NCBI GenBank assembly: GCA_048213135.1
Contig: PS015037.1
Span: 102,000-145,407, forward strand
Direction of reading: 5' to 3'
Origin: Reclinomonas americana ATCC 50394
Taxonomy: Eukaryota
DNA: 43,408 nt
In this document: piece by piece, positions 1 to 14,800 of the stretch
Numbering within the stretch: the stretch's first letter is position 1
Layout: each line of letters begins with the position of its first letter
Program-made: the position numbers and the translations under genes
The notes under the pieces: model-generated
Database searches by the model: none
What the model saw: the letters and a program-made list of their open reading frames with translations, nothing else
What the model was told of the DNA's origin: nothing

Positions 1-76
1 GGCAGCAAGGAGGGTGTGCCATGAGATGTATAAACGCGAAAATCTAATTGTTGTTTAATTATGGTGGAGGCTGTGA

Positions 77-3000
77 TTAGGCCCAAACCATCGTGTCGGT
101 GACAAAGTGAATAACATTCGTAAAGTAGCTGAAGGCGAAGAATCGCTCAATGAGCGGGAACACGATGAGCAGCTTCAGCGGTTCGTTGATGAAAATGTCC
201 TCGGCCAGGCTGTGCAGGAAGGCGACACGCGCGCGGTTAGTGACAACAACACACACGCAAACGATGTTCGCCACCACGAGTTGAGACGCAACGCGACAAA
301 GGTCGATCCGAATACGACCTGATCGCTGGTGGTCTCTCGCAGCTGACCAATCGTCAGGATGGTCATGTATGACAAGAACGCACCAACGCCCCACGACAGC
401 GCGTACATCCAGTACACGGTGGTATACGGCAGCGAATACTGCTCGAGCCAGCGCTTGAAGCGATTCCACAGACCTGTACAAGCGCACGTACGGTGAGTTG
501 GACCACGCACGAGACACATAAAGCAGTCGTTATGAAAACGACGTACCTCGCTCTCCGCGTGGGGCGTATCCACTGTCGAGTGCCACCTTTGGGTCGGTGA
601 CAAATTTCTCGTTCATGTACACGTGGCGCTTGGTGCGCAAGTACGTGGCGGGGGCGTCGTAGACCACCAGCTGATGGCAGTCGCGGTAGCAGTTGTGCGA
701 GAGCGACAGTGCGTACAACGGCTGTCGCGCGCGGGAGAGATGAGTGGCATGCAGAACACGACGCAGTCATAAAGAGTGCACACCGGTGGAGCCTTGGCGT
801 TGCGCGTGTCATCCTCGGCCTCGCGCGCCTCATCATCCTCGCCACCGGCCAAGTCCACCATGGTCTCCAGGCGGCTAAAGGTGTCGGACGGAGGCTTCTC
901 GGTACACAGTTTCACACCAGACGAGGCGCCTTCGATGAACAGGCCAACTAACGACAGCACCATCACCGGTCGCTCTGTGGACGGCAGCGATGCACTCTTG
1001 TCGTCGGGTGTGTCGATCTGTGCCCCCCCGACAACATGTGATCAGTGAAAAGAGTGCGCGCGCAGAGGCGATGTTCGGTGTGTCGTACCTCGCGGTGCGC
1101 CAGCGTCACGTGGACGCCAGGTGGGGTGGGAATCACCAGCTCCTCAACGTCCTTGGTGGTGGCCTGCCCGCCAAACATGCGAGTGTTAGTGCGCTACGCA
1201 TATTGAAACTCGTACACAGGCCACGCCGCCTTTGCCATACTCACCAAGCCCTGCTCCACTTCGCGCTGCACGGCGCGCAAGTTGCGATCTCCACCACTCA
1301 TGAATTTCAGCGGGCACACAATCTGCACCGATCACGTCGTCAGACATCTATCTGCTCAGTCAACGATGCAATTGCTACGCAACAGCCTCGTGGCGCTTCT
1401 CGGAGCGCACTGTCAGCCGGCCAGTGTAGGTGCGAATGTTTGGAGGAATCTGCAGCGGCCGGTAAAATCCTGGGCGCAGCACAATGGTCGACGGCAGCAA
1501 CCCGTGCGGAGCAGATGCCATTAGTTCCTGCACACCAGTAGCGTGATGATGTCAGAAACAGAATGAAGCAACGCATATGGCAGAGAAGAAGCATCGTACC
1601 GCAAATGTTGGCTCCTTGTTGCTGTCGTCCGCCTCCTGCTTGGCGTTGTGTTCGTTGTCATCCTCGTCTGGCGCCAGATCCGGTCGTACATACGCCACAT
1701 GTGAGCTATCCAACACACCGCCAATCACTGGCGCGATTTTGTTGGCGCGCTGCTTGCTCATGACGGCTGCGCAGTGTGGATTTGCAAATCAGTACGGGCG
1801 AGGACACTGACAATAATGAAGAAAGTGTGCGTACCGACAGCGCCCTCAGAAGCTCGACGGGTCGACACGGCGACTGTGAGACGGGAAGCGGGGGTGTCAG
1901 AAGACGTCTGTCAACGCAAAACCATGTTTGTGAGGAGAATCGCTGTGTACCAATGGCTGCCTGTTCATACGACTCGTCCAAGTCCTCGGCCTGACCGCCG
2001 TCAGAGAAGACGTCCACATCGACGCCAGCCTCGTCCTCGACTACGACTCCGTCGTGCACCACGAAACCAGGCAACGCCGCACCCGGCGCCTGTGCACAGC
2101 AACGATCGCCAAGGTGAGTGTCACAAATACTTGGAGGTGAAGAAAACTTGCTGCGCACCTCTGGTGAGCCGACCATAAAGATTTCCTAGATGACACGGAG
2201 GTCAGTGTCACAAGCACGAACTCAGAATGGCGTAGCACGCAAGCGAGCGAGCGTACCCTCGCTGTCAGTGCCACACTGCGGCGGCGGGCTCCACCCTCAA
2301 CCACGATGCACGGCGGCGGCGGCATTTCGTCAGCAAGCAAGTCGCCACTTCCATCTGCACATTGCAGACACGTTGTAAGTATTCTCCTCCTCACCAGACA
2401 ATGCGAGAGAAACCGACGAAACTCTGACCGGCACCACGCTGCGCAAATAGATGATGCAGTGGTGTCAGCTGTGCGTGCAGCGGAGAAACACACATAGCAC
2501 ACACACAGAGTCGAACCTCAAACGGTGGCGGCAGCGGATTGGGTGAGTGCATCGAAGCAGATCTGGCCACTGCGTGCACAAGAGACAATGGTTGAGAAAC
2601 CAATGCCGTGCAGACAGCACTACTTGCTTCCAATGCATCGCAACTGATTGCACCGAGTCGCTGTCATGCAGACGGCAACATGGAATTCAATCGTAAGTAA
2701 CAGGATGATCACAACTACAAGAGCAGTGCTGACGACGCAACGTTTGCAGGAACTGCAAAAGGCTCGTCTGTGTCACGAACAGAGAGAGCACTTCCGAGTT
2801 AGCATGACGACAAAGTGCAGGATCACAGCGACACCGCGTACCACCAGAAGCGGGTGGCAGAGCAGCCACGTTTTCTACGGTGAAAAAGACAATAACGTGT
2901 GAGGAAGCCATGATCAAACAGGCAAGGCTGCTCGCTCTTGTTGCACTCACGAGAAGTGTTGATTCCGACCACTGCGCCTGTGGTCCAAGCACCCTGTCGC

Positions 3001-5251
3001 AGATAAATGTACGTTAGGACACGAGGATCCGACAACGGCACCCGCGGTAGAAAGACCTTGTTGGCGGACGCACTGGCTTGGAGTGGCTTGTACTCGGCTG
3101 CGTGTGGCACACTTGTTGTCAGTATATCATGTGCGTTGCGACGCGCACACACGACCGCCGTACTCACCGGGGGCAATCGACTCGGTCAGCTTCGCATACA
3201 GCATCTTGATGCGTTGTGCTTCACCGTGCTCCAGCCACGTGTCACGCAGTGGAACGCGAGGCGTGAGACGGAATGGGATGCTGATGAGGAAGGCCGCAGG
3301 AATGATCATCAAGCCTGGCAAAAAGAGGGTTGGTGATGCGCATGCCACATGTGCAAGGCTTGCGGCAAATAAAAACACTCAACCAACGACGAGGCCAATC
3401 CACAAGTCTTGCACAATCGACGTGGCCACGCTAACTTGCATCTGATTGACAAGCACGGCGTGCATGTACAGCACACCAATCGTGGCCAACCAAAGCACCT
3501 GCAAAGTGAAGAATGAGAAACCATTGACACAAAGTCTTCACCATGTGACACGCAACAGTGAGTCGCTGTGTGCGACGGTAGCGTTCCCAAGGTCCGGCAG
3601 TCACCACCGACACCCACGTGTGCTGTGTGGCCAGTCGCTGCGCCATGCGAGTGCCCATTTTGAAGACACTCTGTCGACGCCGATTCAACTCAATGACCTT
3701 GGACACAACAGCTGCAAGCGATCGTAGTGAGCGAGAAGGAGAAGGGCCTGTGCGATTCGAGAGGAATACACGTGTCGGGCAAACCTTTGAACTTGGCCAG
3801 CGCCTCGACGTGCCGTCGCAGCTTCTCCTCCAGCACACTGCCTTCTGTGGCCAGCTCACTCGCTGCCTCAGTGGCCTCATCCTCAGTCATGGTGGGGCAC
3901 GAACTGATGGTGGAGGCCATGAGGCCGCGGTTCGGACGCAGCGCCGATTCGGTGAGTGCCTGTCCGGGTGAGCGCAAAAAGTTGCCTTGCCGTTCGGCAG
4001 GCACCGAGAGTGACGATGGAAGCTCCAGTCGCGGTTGCTGTGAGGAGCGGTGAGCTGATGCGGCCACCTTCTTTATGGCAGTCTGTGTGCTCTCACTTAC
4101 CGAGGGTGGCAGATTGGCAGCGAGAAGCTGTGATCCGGCGCGGTCAAACTGCACGCCCAAACGCACACATTATCACCAGGAAGACTACTGACAGCACGTG
4201 AAACTCGAAATGCACGCAACGGATGCCGACAGAATTCTGCCGAGTACCAACTTGGGTGGTGGCTGCACGTGTTTCTCCTTTAGTCAACAAGAGGACAGAC
4301 AGACAGACAGACAGCAAGCAAGCTGGGTTGACGCACCTCGGCAACCTCAGTCGACACCATGCTGCTCGACTCGGACGACAGACTGTCCGAGTGGGCCGTG
4401 CCGAGCGAGTCGGTCGGGGTGGAGCATCCGGCCGAGAACGACTGCGATCGCTGTCGGCGCGGGCCGCGGCGAGGCGGAGTCATTCTCGACGCCGAATCGG
4501 CGTTTGACGACTGCTGCGTGAACGACTGACGTGGCGCGTAAGCACATCAGGCGGGACAGAGTAGTGTGTGCAAGAACTGGTGATCTCACCGGTGATGCAA
4601 ATGGTCTGTCGCCATCAAGTATGGTGGGAACCACCGTATTCGATCGCGTGTGTGGCAGATCAGGCGACACTCGCGACAGCGCACGACTGAGTGACAATCG
4701 AGCGACTCGGTCAGTCACCATGGCCAGCGAAAGAAACGATGAAATAGGGGGACGAATCGCGATGCACTCACCCCAACGCTCGCGGAAGCGCAGCAGTGGG
4801 CAAGTCGGCAGAGACGTTGCGACGGTGACGAGATCGGTCGCGATCGGGAGACAAGGCGTGCCCGCGGTGCTTGGGTGCCATGCGTGAGGAGGCGCGCGGA
4901 CGCACAGGAACTGATGCATATTGCGGCTGCTGCTGTTGCTGTTGCTGCTGTTGCTGCGCTTGTGAGTCGACAACCGCTTGATCAGGCCTGGAGGCTATTG
5001 CCAATGTAGAGCCCTTGGCCAGGAATTGCGACGCATCCCTGCGCGTGCGTGGCGTGAGACACAACGCCGCCTCTCCTCTGTAAGAGTGGGCGAATGAGCG
5101 ATGAACCTGGCAAGGAATCCCTCCGGCAGCAGCTGAACCGCCGGTGCATTGCACGCCGTACGTCGTGCCAACACCTCCTTCACCAGGTCCGCAAAGCGGA
5201 AAATACCGCGGAACATGGGCAATTCGACCTCAGTCTGCACGTACGTGTCAG
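77..5251 (-). CDS. 3' (membrane/cytoplasmic) part of the polycystin-1-like gene: long low-complexity loop, PKD1-type TM2, TM3, TM4, TM5, stop TAA at 77-79
   Basis: Spliced HTWVSVVTAGPWERYRRTQRLT|VLWLATIGVLYMHAVL resembles the PKD1 pre-TM2/TM2 motif (H-x-W-x-S...F-T-R-x-Q-R). WIGLVVG|LMIIPAAFLISIPFR is TM3-like, YWMYALSWGVGAFLSYMTIL is TM4-like, and STFVA|LAEDIFINEPLKLLIV matches the PKD1 TM5 EPLKVL motif. Exons in 1000-3000 and 4200-5250 are only partly resolved. The join to the 5' part crosses gap 5252-5874. Confidence 0.75.
4925..4957 (-). repeat. CAG/CAA trinucleotide run (poly-Q in the cytoplasmic loop of the PKD1-like gene)
   Basis: ctg/ttg run on + reads QAQQQQQQQQQPQ on - in ORF 4768-5154. 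Confidence 0.6.
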
Positions 5252-5874
5252 NNNNNNNNNNNNNNNNNNNNNNNNNNNNNNNNNNNNNNNNNNNNNNNNN
5301 NNNNNNNNNNNNNNNNNNNNNNNNNNNNNNNNNNNNNNNNNNNNNNNNNNNNNNNNNNNNNNNNNNNNNNNNNNNNNNNNNNNNNNNNNNNNNNNNNNNN
5401 NNNNNNNNNNNNNNNNNNNNNNNNNNNNNNNNNNNNNNNNNNNNNNNNNNNNNNNNNNNNNNNNNNNNNNNNNNNNNNNNNNNNNNNNNNNNNNNNNNNN
5501 NNNNNNNNNNNNNNNNNNNNNNNNNNNNNNNNNNNNNNNNNNNNNNNNNNNNNNNNNNNNNNNNNNNNNNNNNNNNNNNNNNNNNNNNNNNNNNNNNNNN
5601 NNNNNNNNNNNNNNNNNNNNNNNNNNNNNNNNNNNNNNNNNNNNNNNNNNNNNNNNNNNNNNNNNNNNNNNNNNNNNNNNNNNNNNNNNNNNNNNNNNNN
5701 NNNNNNNNNNNNNNNNNNNNNNNNNNNNNNNNNNNNNNNNNNNNNNNNNNNNNNNNNNNNNNNNNNNNNNNNNNNNNNNNNNNNNNNNNNNNNNNNNNNN
5801 NNNNNNNNNNNNNNNNNNNNNNNNNNNNNNNNNNNNNNNNNNNNNNNNNNNNNNNNNNNNNNNNNNNNNNNNNN

Positions 5875-8800
5875 CGACGACGACGACGACGACGACGACA
5901 GTGGTGAGTTGGACGCGCCAAGAGACAGTACAAGAGGGGCTGCGCACGCACCACACTGAGCCGAGGCCGTCGGTGATGATGACACCAATCGTGAGCATGT
6001 AATCGGGCGTCGCGCCGCTCTCCAGCTTGCGCACAATCCACGGGTTGACCGACGTGCCGAGGGCCACCTGCCGTCAAGCGAAAGGTCAGCTCACGAGGGC
6101 ACAAAACAGACCACATAGAACACAAAACAGACCATCGTCTGCGTAGAAGGCCGGATGTAGTAGAACGAGTAGCGCACTGGTGCGTCAATGTCGACACCAA
6201 TGGGCGACGTGATGTTGAAGTTGGTCACTCGGGCGGTGCCGTTGATTGGCAGCACACCAACGGCGCCGCTTAGGGTCGGCACAGTGTTTGTCGTCACTGT
6301 CATTGACGACGATACTGTGGACAGCATACGCTGGTCAACAACGAGAGAAAAAAACACGACACATGAGAGAGTGCAAGTGCTCGAAACTGGTATCCCATCC
6401 AGCAACAGTGACATTGGCATGGAACGTGTACGTCTTGCCAGGCGAGAGGACGCCAGGCAGCGGGCGCAGTCCGGTGGTCTTGCCGTCACTATTGTACACA
6501 AACGAGAGGTTTTCGTTGGGCACGCGACGGCCAAGATCGTCTGCGCACGAAACAATGGCGGTGAGTTCATCCGACCATTTTTCAGCCAGTGGCAGCTGCA
6601 CCTGCACACCTTCCATCCACAACGAGTACGAGGCTTGCGACGCCTGCAAGTCAGTCAGCGTCGAGTTGAAGGCCACTTGCACGGCGTTGGGTGTCAGTGT
6701 GTCAATGCGTGGTGAGCCGCCAACTTGTGGCTGTGATAATCATCATGAGCAACAAGCACAACACGGGCAAAAAAAGAACTCGGTGTACAAAAAGAAGACG
6801 CGCTCACCATGTCGAGAAGCAACGAAAATGCTGATCCATACTCCAAACTCGTGGCTCCACTGGCAGAGCGGCGACCGCGTTGTACTGTCACCGAGAAAGT
6901 ATAGCGACCGCTCACCATCTGTTCCGCCGGCACATTGAACACACTGCTGGTTGCCAATGCCGGCAACGGGAATGGACACGAGGTGGGCGATTGAGTGGGT
7001 GAGCTGAAAGAGCACTGCCACGTGTAGAACGTGGTCAGCGTCGCCACCCAGGAGTGGCTGGCACTGGGGTCGGCAACAAACGCCTCCAGCACAACCGATC
7101 GACCGGCGGCCACAGTGCCACCACCCGCTATCGACACCTCCAGTGGGCGGAACACTGATCAGAAGAAAAGGAAGACACAAAGTGAGAAATGTGATATGCT
7201 GGGAGAGAGATGTGCCTCGCGTGCGCGCCCTCCACTAACCGTGCACATCGACCTCCCAGCCGTATCCCTGGGTGATGGAGTCACTGGAGAAGCGCAATCC
7301 AAACGACGAACCTGCGGTCACATGCAAATCAGTCCAACGTTCAAGCTGCCACCGATATCCTCATAACACGACTGGCATGTAACGCAACCAACAGACAACT
7401 CCATCTGAATCGCATCGCTGGACAGCGACGCTGCCGAACCCGAGTACTGCTTGATGAGGCTAGTGATCGAAAAGGTGTTGTCGCTGTACAGCGACAAAAT
7501 ATCCTTGCCCAACTCCGTGTCCAGACGACGAACGTGGAAGTACATGCTTTGTGCAACGGTGGGCGCAGGAGAGATCTGTCAATCCAGATTCAGTGAGTCG
7601 CTCACTCGCATTCTTGCCAGATGCGACAGGAGGGAATCGCAAATGAGTGCTCACCAGCAGCGACCAGCTGCAGTTCAAGTTGGCCGAGTATCCAGTCATG
7701 CCGTCACTGCCGTCATTGATAATGTTTGTAGTACCGTGTGCCACTTGCAAATCTGTGCGACCAGAGCACGTCGGAGTCGCACCGACTGTACCACAACAAA
7801 AGAATGAATGAGCAACGGCGGCACATGTAATAATAACGCGCGTAGACGACAAGCGTACCGATGGTCAATTGTGCCGTGCCGACTTTGGCGTAAACCGGCG
7901 ACACTCGGAAGTGTGAATGGCACACAGAGTAGACGCTGCCGAGCACCGGCGCCGCGTCCACCATGACCACCAGCTGCGACGTTGTCGACAGCGAAGTCTG
8001 CATGGTGGTGGTGAGGCGACCTGCGCCAGTACCTGTCGTCGTGCACGTGTTGCCGGGTTCCAGAGTGACATTGTTGACGGCGTTCAAAAACGTGCCGCTA
8101 ATCGTCAGCAAGCTCGACCGGACGTTGGCCACCAATGTGCCCGGCGAGAAACTCGTCGTGTTGAGGCCCACATACAGACGGCCAGTCAGGTAGTAGGCGT
8201 TTGTGGTGGCACCAACACTCGGCTTCTGGCACAAGTAGTACACGCCGCTGGGGATGGCACCAGTGGTGACAGTCAGCACCGTCGTACTAAGGCCTGTGAT
8301 GGAGCTGGGAGCGGCCGGGACGACGCTCGAGCCGGCAACGAGCGTCCACTGGTTGCACGATGTCGAGGACAGGATGAAGGCCGCAGAATCAGTGGTGAGA
8401 TTGGGTGTCGAGCAGCCTGACAGCGTAACCGTCGTCGGACTGGTAGACGGCTGCACAATGTTCGGGGACAGCGCGTACATCTCTGCGCGAGTACGGATGT
8501 GTGTGTGAGGGAGAGGGAGTAAGCAAGCAAACGCTGCGTGCTTACCATTGATTCCGGCGAAACGAATGCGGTTGTTGCCCTGTGAAAGTGTGTATGTTTC
8601 AGTCCACTTTTCGCGCAATGCACTCCCATCGCACTACAGCCAGACGACGCACCCAGTCCATCACAAGGGCGCCTCCATTCTCTCGCAGGACAAAGCCGCG
8701 AATACTCTGGAATCTCGAAAGAATGGCTGAGGCGTCGGTGGAGCCCGCAGCAGTCGCGCCAGCGAATGGTCCCATGGCACCTGCGCGGTCACATTGCAGA

Positions 8801-11800
8801 GTCGGCGGCGCATGCATGGAGGAGACTCACGGCTGTTTTGCGAGGTTCGCTCACCAAAGTTGTTGCCGATCATGACGCGGCGATCGGTGGTAACGAAAAC
8901 GTCGGAGTCGGGGTTGCGAGACCACACCACCAGTGGATTGCCACTGGAATTCGTGATGCCTTTGCCCGCTGTTTGCGCGACCGTTCCGCTAAGTGCGTAC
9001 GGATACACAGTTCCTGTGTGGAAATAGGCCCAAGGGTGAGAAGCGGGTAGTGTGCCACGCACGAAAAAAGGCACCAATATAGCACAGATGCGCACCGCTC
9101 ATGTCCACATAGCGAACAAATGCGTTTGGTGCATTGCCATTGTCGGCAACAATCAGCCGATTGCCGGTGACGGCGCGCACGAATATCATCTGAGAAATGT
9201 TCACAAACGCTGCCACACTGACGCGACCGACTTGACTGCTGCCGGTGGCCTGGCCAACAAAGGCACTCAGTTGCCCTGTTCATGCATCACCTCACATAGA
9301 TCAGTAACAAGGCGAACAGAGGGGAAGCCTCTCAAGAGCTGAGCGCGTACCTGTGGTCATGTCGAACTTGCGGATGCGAATGCTTTTCTGCTCAGCAAAT
9401 ACGCACACATGGCGCGTGCAATGAGAGCCACGCTACATAGCGCCTACGAAGATAGCAGTGCACGCAACATCGGAGACGTAGAGGACGTTGGATCGCTCGT
9501 CTAGCGCCACCGCAGTCGGAGTGGTCAATTGTGCGACGGCCGCCGAGCCAAGAGTAGTACCGGCGACACCATTGCCGACAATTGTGCTCACCATGCCTGA
9601 AACGCGCACCAAGGTGAGAGACACTTATGTACTTGCAGAAGGGCGTGCCCAGCTCATCGCACGCACCGAGAGCGGTCATCTTGCGGATCGAGTGATTCTG
9701 CGAGTCGGCAATGTACATGGCGTCGGTTGAATCAATGGCCAGCTGCTGTGGCTGATTGAACTGAGCCAGCGAGCGATCGCCATCGGCGCGACCGGCGACA
9801 CCAGTGCCAGCAAAAGTGGACACGCGACCATCAAAGGTGATGCCGCGGATCACGTGATTCAGTGAGTCGGAAACAAAGACGTAGCCGTCGGAAGCTTCCA
9901 CCATGCTGGCCGGCGTGTTGAACGCGGCGGCCGTGAGTAGTCCATCTGTGTAGCCACTGGCGCCAGTGCCTCCAATGGTGCACACGTTCGGGAGCGGTGC
10001 TGCGTGCATCGGTAAAATGTGTCGTCGTCAGCAAGGAGAGAAGAGAGCGCAACAAAAGTATACGTGACGCAACAGATTTGGAACGCGCCCACGTCAATGT
10101 ATGGAAGACCCGGTGACCAGCGGACACACAGGCGCCCAGCAGAGGTGCCTGTTGGCGAGCCACGAATCCAGAAGGCGACGTCTTGCGGTGAGCGCCACAA
10201 CGAGTAGAGGGTGCTGTACATCGAGGCCAGTGGCCAGCTGGCGTCGAGAGTCGGGGCCAGTGCGGATGGGGTGCTGCACGAGGCGGCGAGCACCAATGCG
10301 TAGTTGGTCTGCAAGTCGTTGAAGAGATCGGGCAGACCCGCGCCGGTCAGGCGCAGCGTAAAGTACGAGGTTACGCTCTGCAGCAAGCGATAAGGGGAGA
10401 CAACGCCGGTCACCACGGCTGCACACCACAAATCACTGGATGAGTGCACTGAGGAGAGAGCGACTGTCGTCGACAGACAGATTTGCGTCGCCACACGAAC
10501 CGATGCGGAACACAAAGGCGAACTGATACTGCCACGAGGAGTTCCAACGAACGCACAACGTGTAACTTCCACCGGCGGCACCAAGTGCATTGATTGTCAG
10601 CGTCATGGAAGTTGAGCTGGTGAATGTGCTGCTGACACTGGTGTTGGGGACGGGAGTTGGCGAGACGCAGGTGGTTGAGGAGATGAGGAACGCTTGCGAG
10701 TCGCCCGAGACATTCGACATGCCAAGGCCAGTGACGGTGGACGAGACGCCGTTGATGGGCTGCATCGCCGACACTGACATGGTCGCAATCGTACCTGCGC
10801 AGGCGGCAACAACAGTGGGATTGGTGCTCGCTCGCAACAACAATGACCGCGCTCGCACGTACCACCAATGCCGATGATGCGAATGGCGTTGTTGCTCTCG
10901 TCGGCGACAAATACAGAACCTTTCGACCAGTATGCCGACGATATCATGCTGGCGGGTTGGTTGAAACGAGCCGTGGCGGCCGCGCCATCAACATTGCCTC
11001 CGGCACCCGACAGACCAGCGAGTGTCGTCACCACGCCTGCACACAAACACCGACACAGGGGGGTGAATTCTTTTCCCGAAAAAAAGCGCGCACAGGCGAC
11101 GGAGACATGCGTACCGTTGGGACCGGGCGAGAGCACACGAATGAGATTGTCGGAGAGGCTGCTGATGAGAATCTCGCCACCAATGCCGCGTGCGAGACGA
11201 TTCAGCTGGCCGAACGTGGCAGTTGTCAGCGCGGCGCCGTCGGTGTTGCCCACACCACCAGTGCCGGCAATAGTTGTCACCAGGCCTGATGAATGAATGA
11301 ATGAACAAAGCGTGAATCAAACCGGTAAAATGCATGAAACTCAAGTGTGCAACGTACCGGCAGTAAGGTCCAGCATGCGGATGCGGTTGTTTCCCGAATC
11401 CGCCACCGCCACAGTGTAGTCTGTCAGCGACACGATTCCGCAGGGTGCGTTAAACTTGGCCGACAGCAGCGGGCCGTCGAGGTAGCCTGACATGCCAGAC
11501 GTCTGACCGGCCAGCGTCGTCGTGTCGGCAGTGATCACGTCGACGTAGCGAATGACGTTGTTGCCCTGCGGCACGGGCAAGGACGGTCGGCACGGAACGC
11601 ACGCACGTAGTCAAGTGACGATGACGATGACGGAGCAACGTACCGAGTCGGCGACCAATAGATTGCGCAGTCGGTCGAATGCAAGTGCCAGTGGACCGGC
11701 AAAGCGAGTGAATCCTCCGTTCAGATCGAGGTAGCCGGTCGTGCTTGTCGACGCGCCGCCAAGAGTGTCCGTGTACACTGCACGTGGTGCGTGAGTTATA

Positions 11801-14800
11801 ACTGGCAAGCAGGAGACGCAGACAGAGGCAGCGTGGCACTCACTCGTATTCAAATCAAGTCGACGAACACGATTCTGCATTGCACACAGACAACGTGAGC
11901 TGACACACACAAAGAAGTGCGACTAACGAACGACGCACCGCCTCAGCAATGTAGAGAATGTTAATGTCTGGATTGTAAGCCACGTCCGTCGGCGAGCGGA
12001 ACTTGGCATTGGCGACGAGCGGGGTGGTGGGATCGTGCAGCTCGTTGAAAACATCACCGATGGTGCCAAACTGTCCCGCCACGTACATCAGAGTGCCGGC
12101 CATGTTCACTCGGCCAGCGCCCTGACCGCCACGCATCGACACCCACATGTCGCCTTGCGACAGCTCAGTGAGCCCAATGTACCCAGCGGCTGCAGTGGTG
12201 ACCACTGTACCGACGTTGGCCGCTCCTGTGCACACACAATGTGAGATGTGTGCCATGACAAGACCGCGTATGGCGACAGCACGAGAGACACACACCGACA
12301 AAGAGCGCCGACGCGGCAGCATACGGCGACGACGCACTCCAGCGAACACAGAGGAAGTATTGGCCCGCAGTGAGACCGGAGCTGTTGACCACCAGCTGCA
12401 GCGTCGACGTGTTGAGTAGCGACTGCACAGCGACACTGCTGGCGCCAGCCGGCGTCGGCACTGCATTCTGGCACGTGGACGCAGCCGTGACGAGAACGAC
12501 CGACGAGGTATCGCCCGACACATCCACGAGACCGCTACCGACCAAGCGGACCGATTGCGCAGAGCCGGCAACAATGGTCATTGGCGTGGCTTCGGCGTAC
12601 GCTGCACGATGTGTTCGAATGTAAGTCGATGGAAGAAAAAAGAGATTAGCAAACTCACTGACACGTACCAATGTTGAGGTAGCCGAGCTCACGGTGGCCG
12701 CTCGTGGTGGACCAGCGACCGCACAAACGATACACGCCACTGGCGGCACCGGCGGCATTCACTGCCAGCGTGATGGAAGTGGTCGACACCAATGTCGACG
12801 TGATGGACACACCGCTAATCCCCGACGGCGAGACACATGTGCCGGAGGAGCTGATGAGAAGGAAGGCCCGAGTATCTGTGGAGACGTCCACAAGGCCACA
12901 GCCGACAAGCGTCACCGTCTGTGCAGCGGCCGCAGCTATCGCGGGTGGACTGACAAACATGACGCCGGGTCCCGCAGAGACGTAGCGAATGCGGTGATTG
13001 TTCAGCTCGGTGACAAGCACGTTGGCGTCGGGTCGGACAGCGACGCCAGATGGACCATTGAACTTGGCCACATCGGCGTTTCCGTCGGCGAATCCCGCCG
13101 TTCCCGAACCGGCATATGTGTCCACCGTGCCCGATCCTGCGGGAGACACCAATGTCAGCGAGCAAGAAACGCTGATGGTCGTACGAGCGTCGACGTAAAC
13201 GTACCGACGGACAAAGCACGGCGCAGCTTGTGGTTGCCCTGTGGGAGAGAAGGTGAGGGAGCGGGAGAAGGGCAAAGAGGGGACAAAGAGTGAGGGCGCA
13301 ACAGAGTCGGCGATGAAAATGTGTCCGCTCGGCGCCACGGCGATGCCGAGGGGCGACGAGAAGCGAGCCGACAACGGCACGCCATTTGTGCTTCCCGGCG
13401 TTCCTGCCGCACCGGCAAACACAGAGATTTCACCTGCATGCAGGAAGGGAGACGATTCAGTGCATTGCACGGAGGCTCAACGACCAGTCGAAGCGTTTTT
13501 CTTTCGCAACTGTTGCCGTAATTGATTCGGCGGAGGGTGTGACCGCTGCTTTCGGCGACAAGCAGCGTCATGGGATTCGAGGACAACCAAGCGAGACCGC
13601 TGGGACCATTGATCGACCCAGGCAGTGCGCCGTCCGTGGTGGCTCCTGCTCCGTTACCGGCAACAGTGGAGACAGTTCGTGCCGTAATGTTGAGGCGCCG
13701 CAGTCGGTGCGACGGCTGTGCAATCAGTATCAGCAGCTACCCACACAGCATCTCGACTAAAAGAGAATGCGAGGAAGGAAACGCACTGTGCCGTCGGAGA
13801 TGAGGAGAGCAGTGGCCGCCGATGTCTCCAGCACGATAAAGGTCGGGCGCTGGAACGTGGCCGATGTCGCGGCACCGTCGGTGGTGCCGGCGGCGCCAGT
13901 GCCCGCAATCGTCGACACGTAACCCACCAGCAGTTGAATGACACGAATCACACGACCAGAGGCCTCCGACACATACAGGAGACTGTTGGTTTCATCGAGT
14001 GCCAGACCCCACGGCTCATTAAAGGTGGCCGCGGTAAGGAAACCGTCGGTGGAACTGGCAGCGCCGCCAGCCAGTGTTGCCACTGTGCCGCTGTTGTTGA
14101 TTGTGCGAATTCTGTGGCTTCCCTGTGCGCGCAAAGGTTTGAGGATGGAAGAGAAAGCGCGAGGATGCACAGAAGACGGCCTCACGTACCGAGTCGGCCA
14201 CATACATCATGCCCGTGCTGGCCGAGATGACAATGGAGGTGGGCGTGTTGAACGACGCACTCTGCGCACTCCCGTTGGCGGTGCCCGCAGTGCCGATACC
14301 AGCCAGCGTGCACACAGCGAGTTGCTCTGTGCAAAAACAAACAGTCAACACAAACAAACTCATCATGCAGCAGCAGGTGGTGGCTCACCAATCGTCAGAG
14401 CACCAACGTCAACGTACGGACTGTTGGGTGACCAGCGCGCGCACAAGCGATACGAAGCACGCGACGCGCTGCTGGCGCTCACCGACAGCAGCAACGACGA
14501 CGACCCCTGGTACTTGGTCGTGATGGTGATGCTCGACTGCACGAACGAGCTGCGAGCGCGCACGTGCATGTGTGAGAAAGAGAGAGAGAAAGTAACGGGA
14601 GACGATGCGTGAGCATGGCAATCCTCACCACGACGAGGTGCCGAGCACAAAGGCGTTCTGCTGTTGCGACACGTCGGGCAGGCCGACGCCCGAGAGCACC
14701 ACCGGCTGCGTGTCCACAGCCAGCACCGTGCTGGGGCTAATCGAGGTCACCGAAGCCACGNNNNNNNNNNNNNNNNNNNNNNNNNNNNNNNNNNNNNNNN

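Noticed and set aside
9999-10073. Alternative reading of GTTGCG introns as TT...AGN introns shifted one base at both ends
   Set aside because: At donor 10073 the shift creates ATC TG|A (stop) inside the gene, and at 21216 it gives PFVDLL instead of the more family-like PFVYLL. GT-AG boundaries fit every case.
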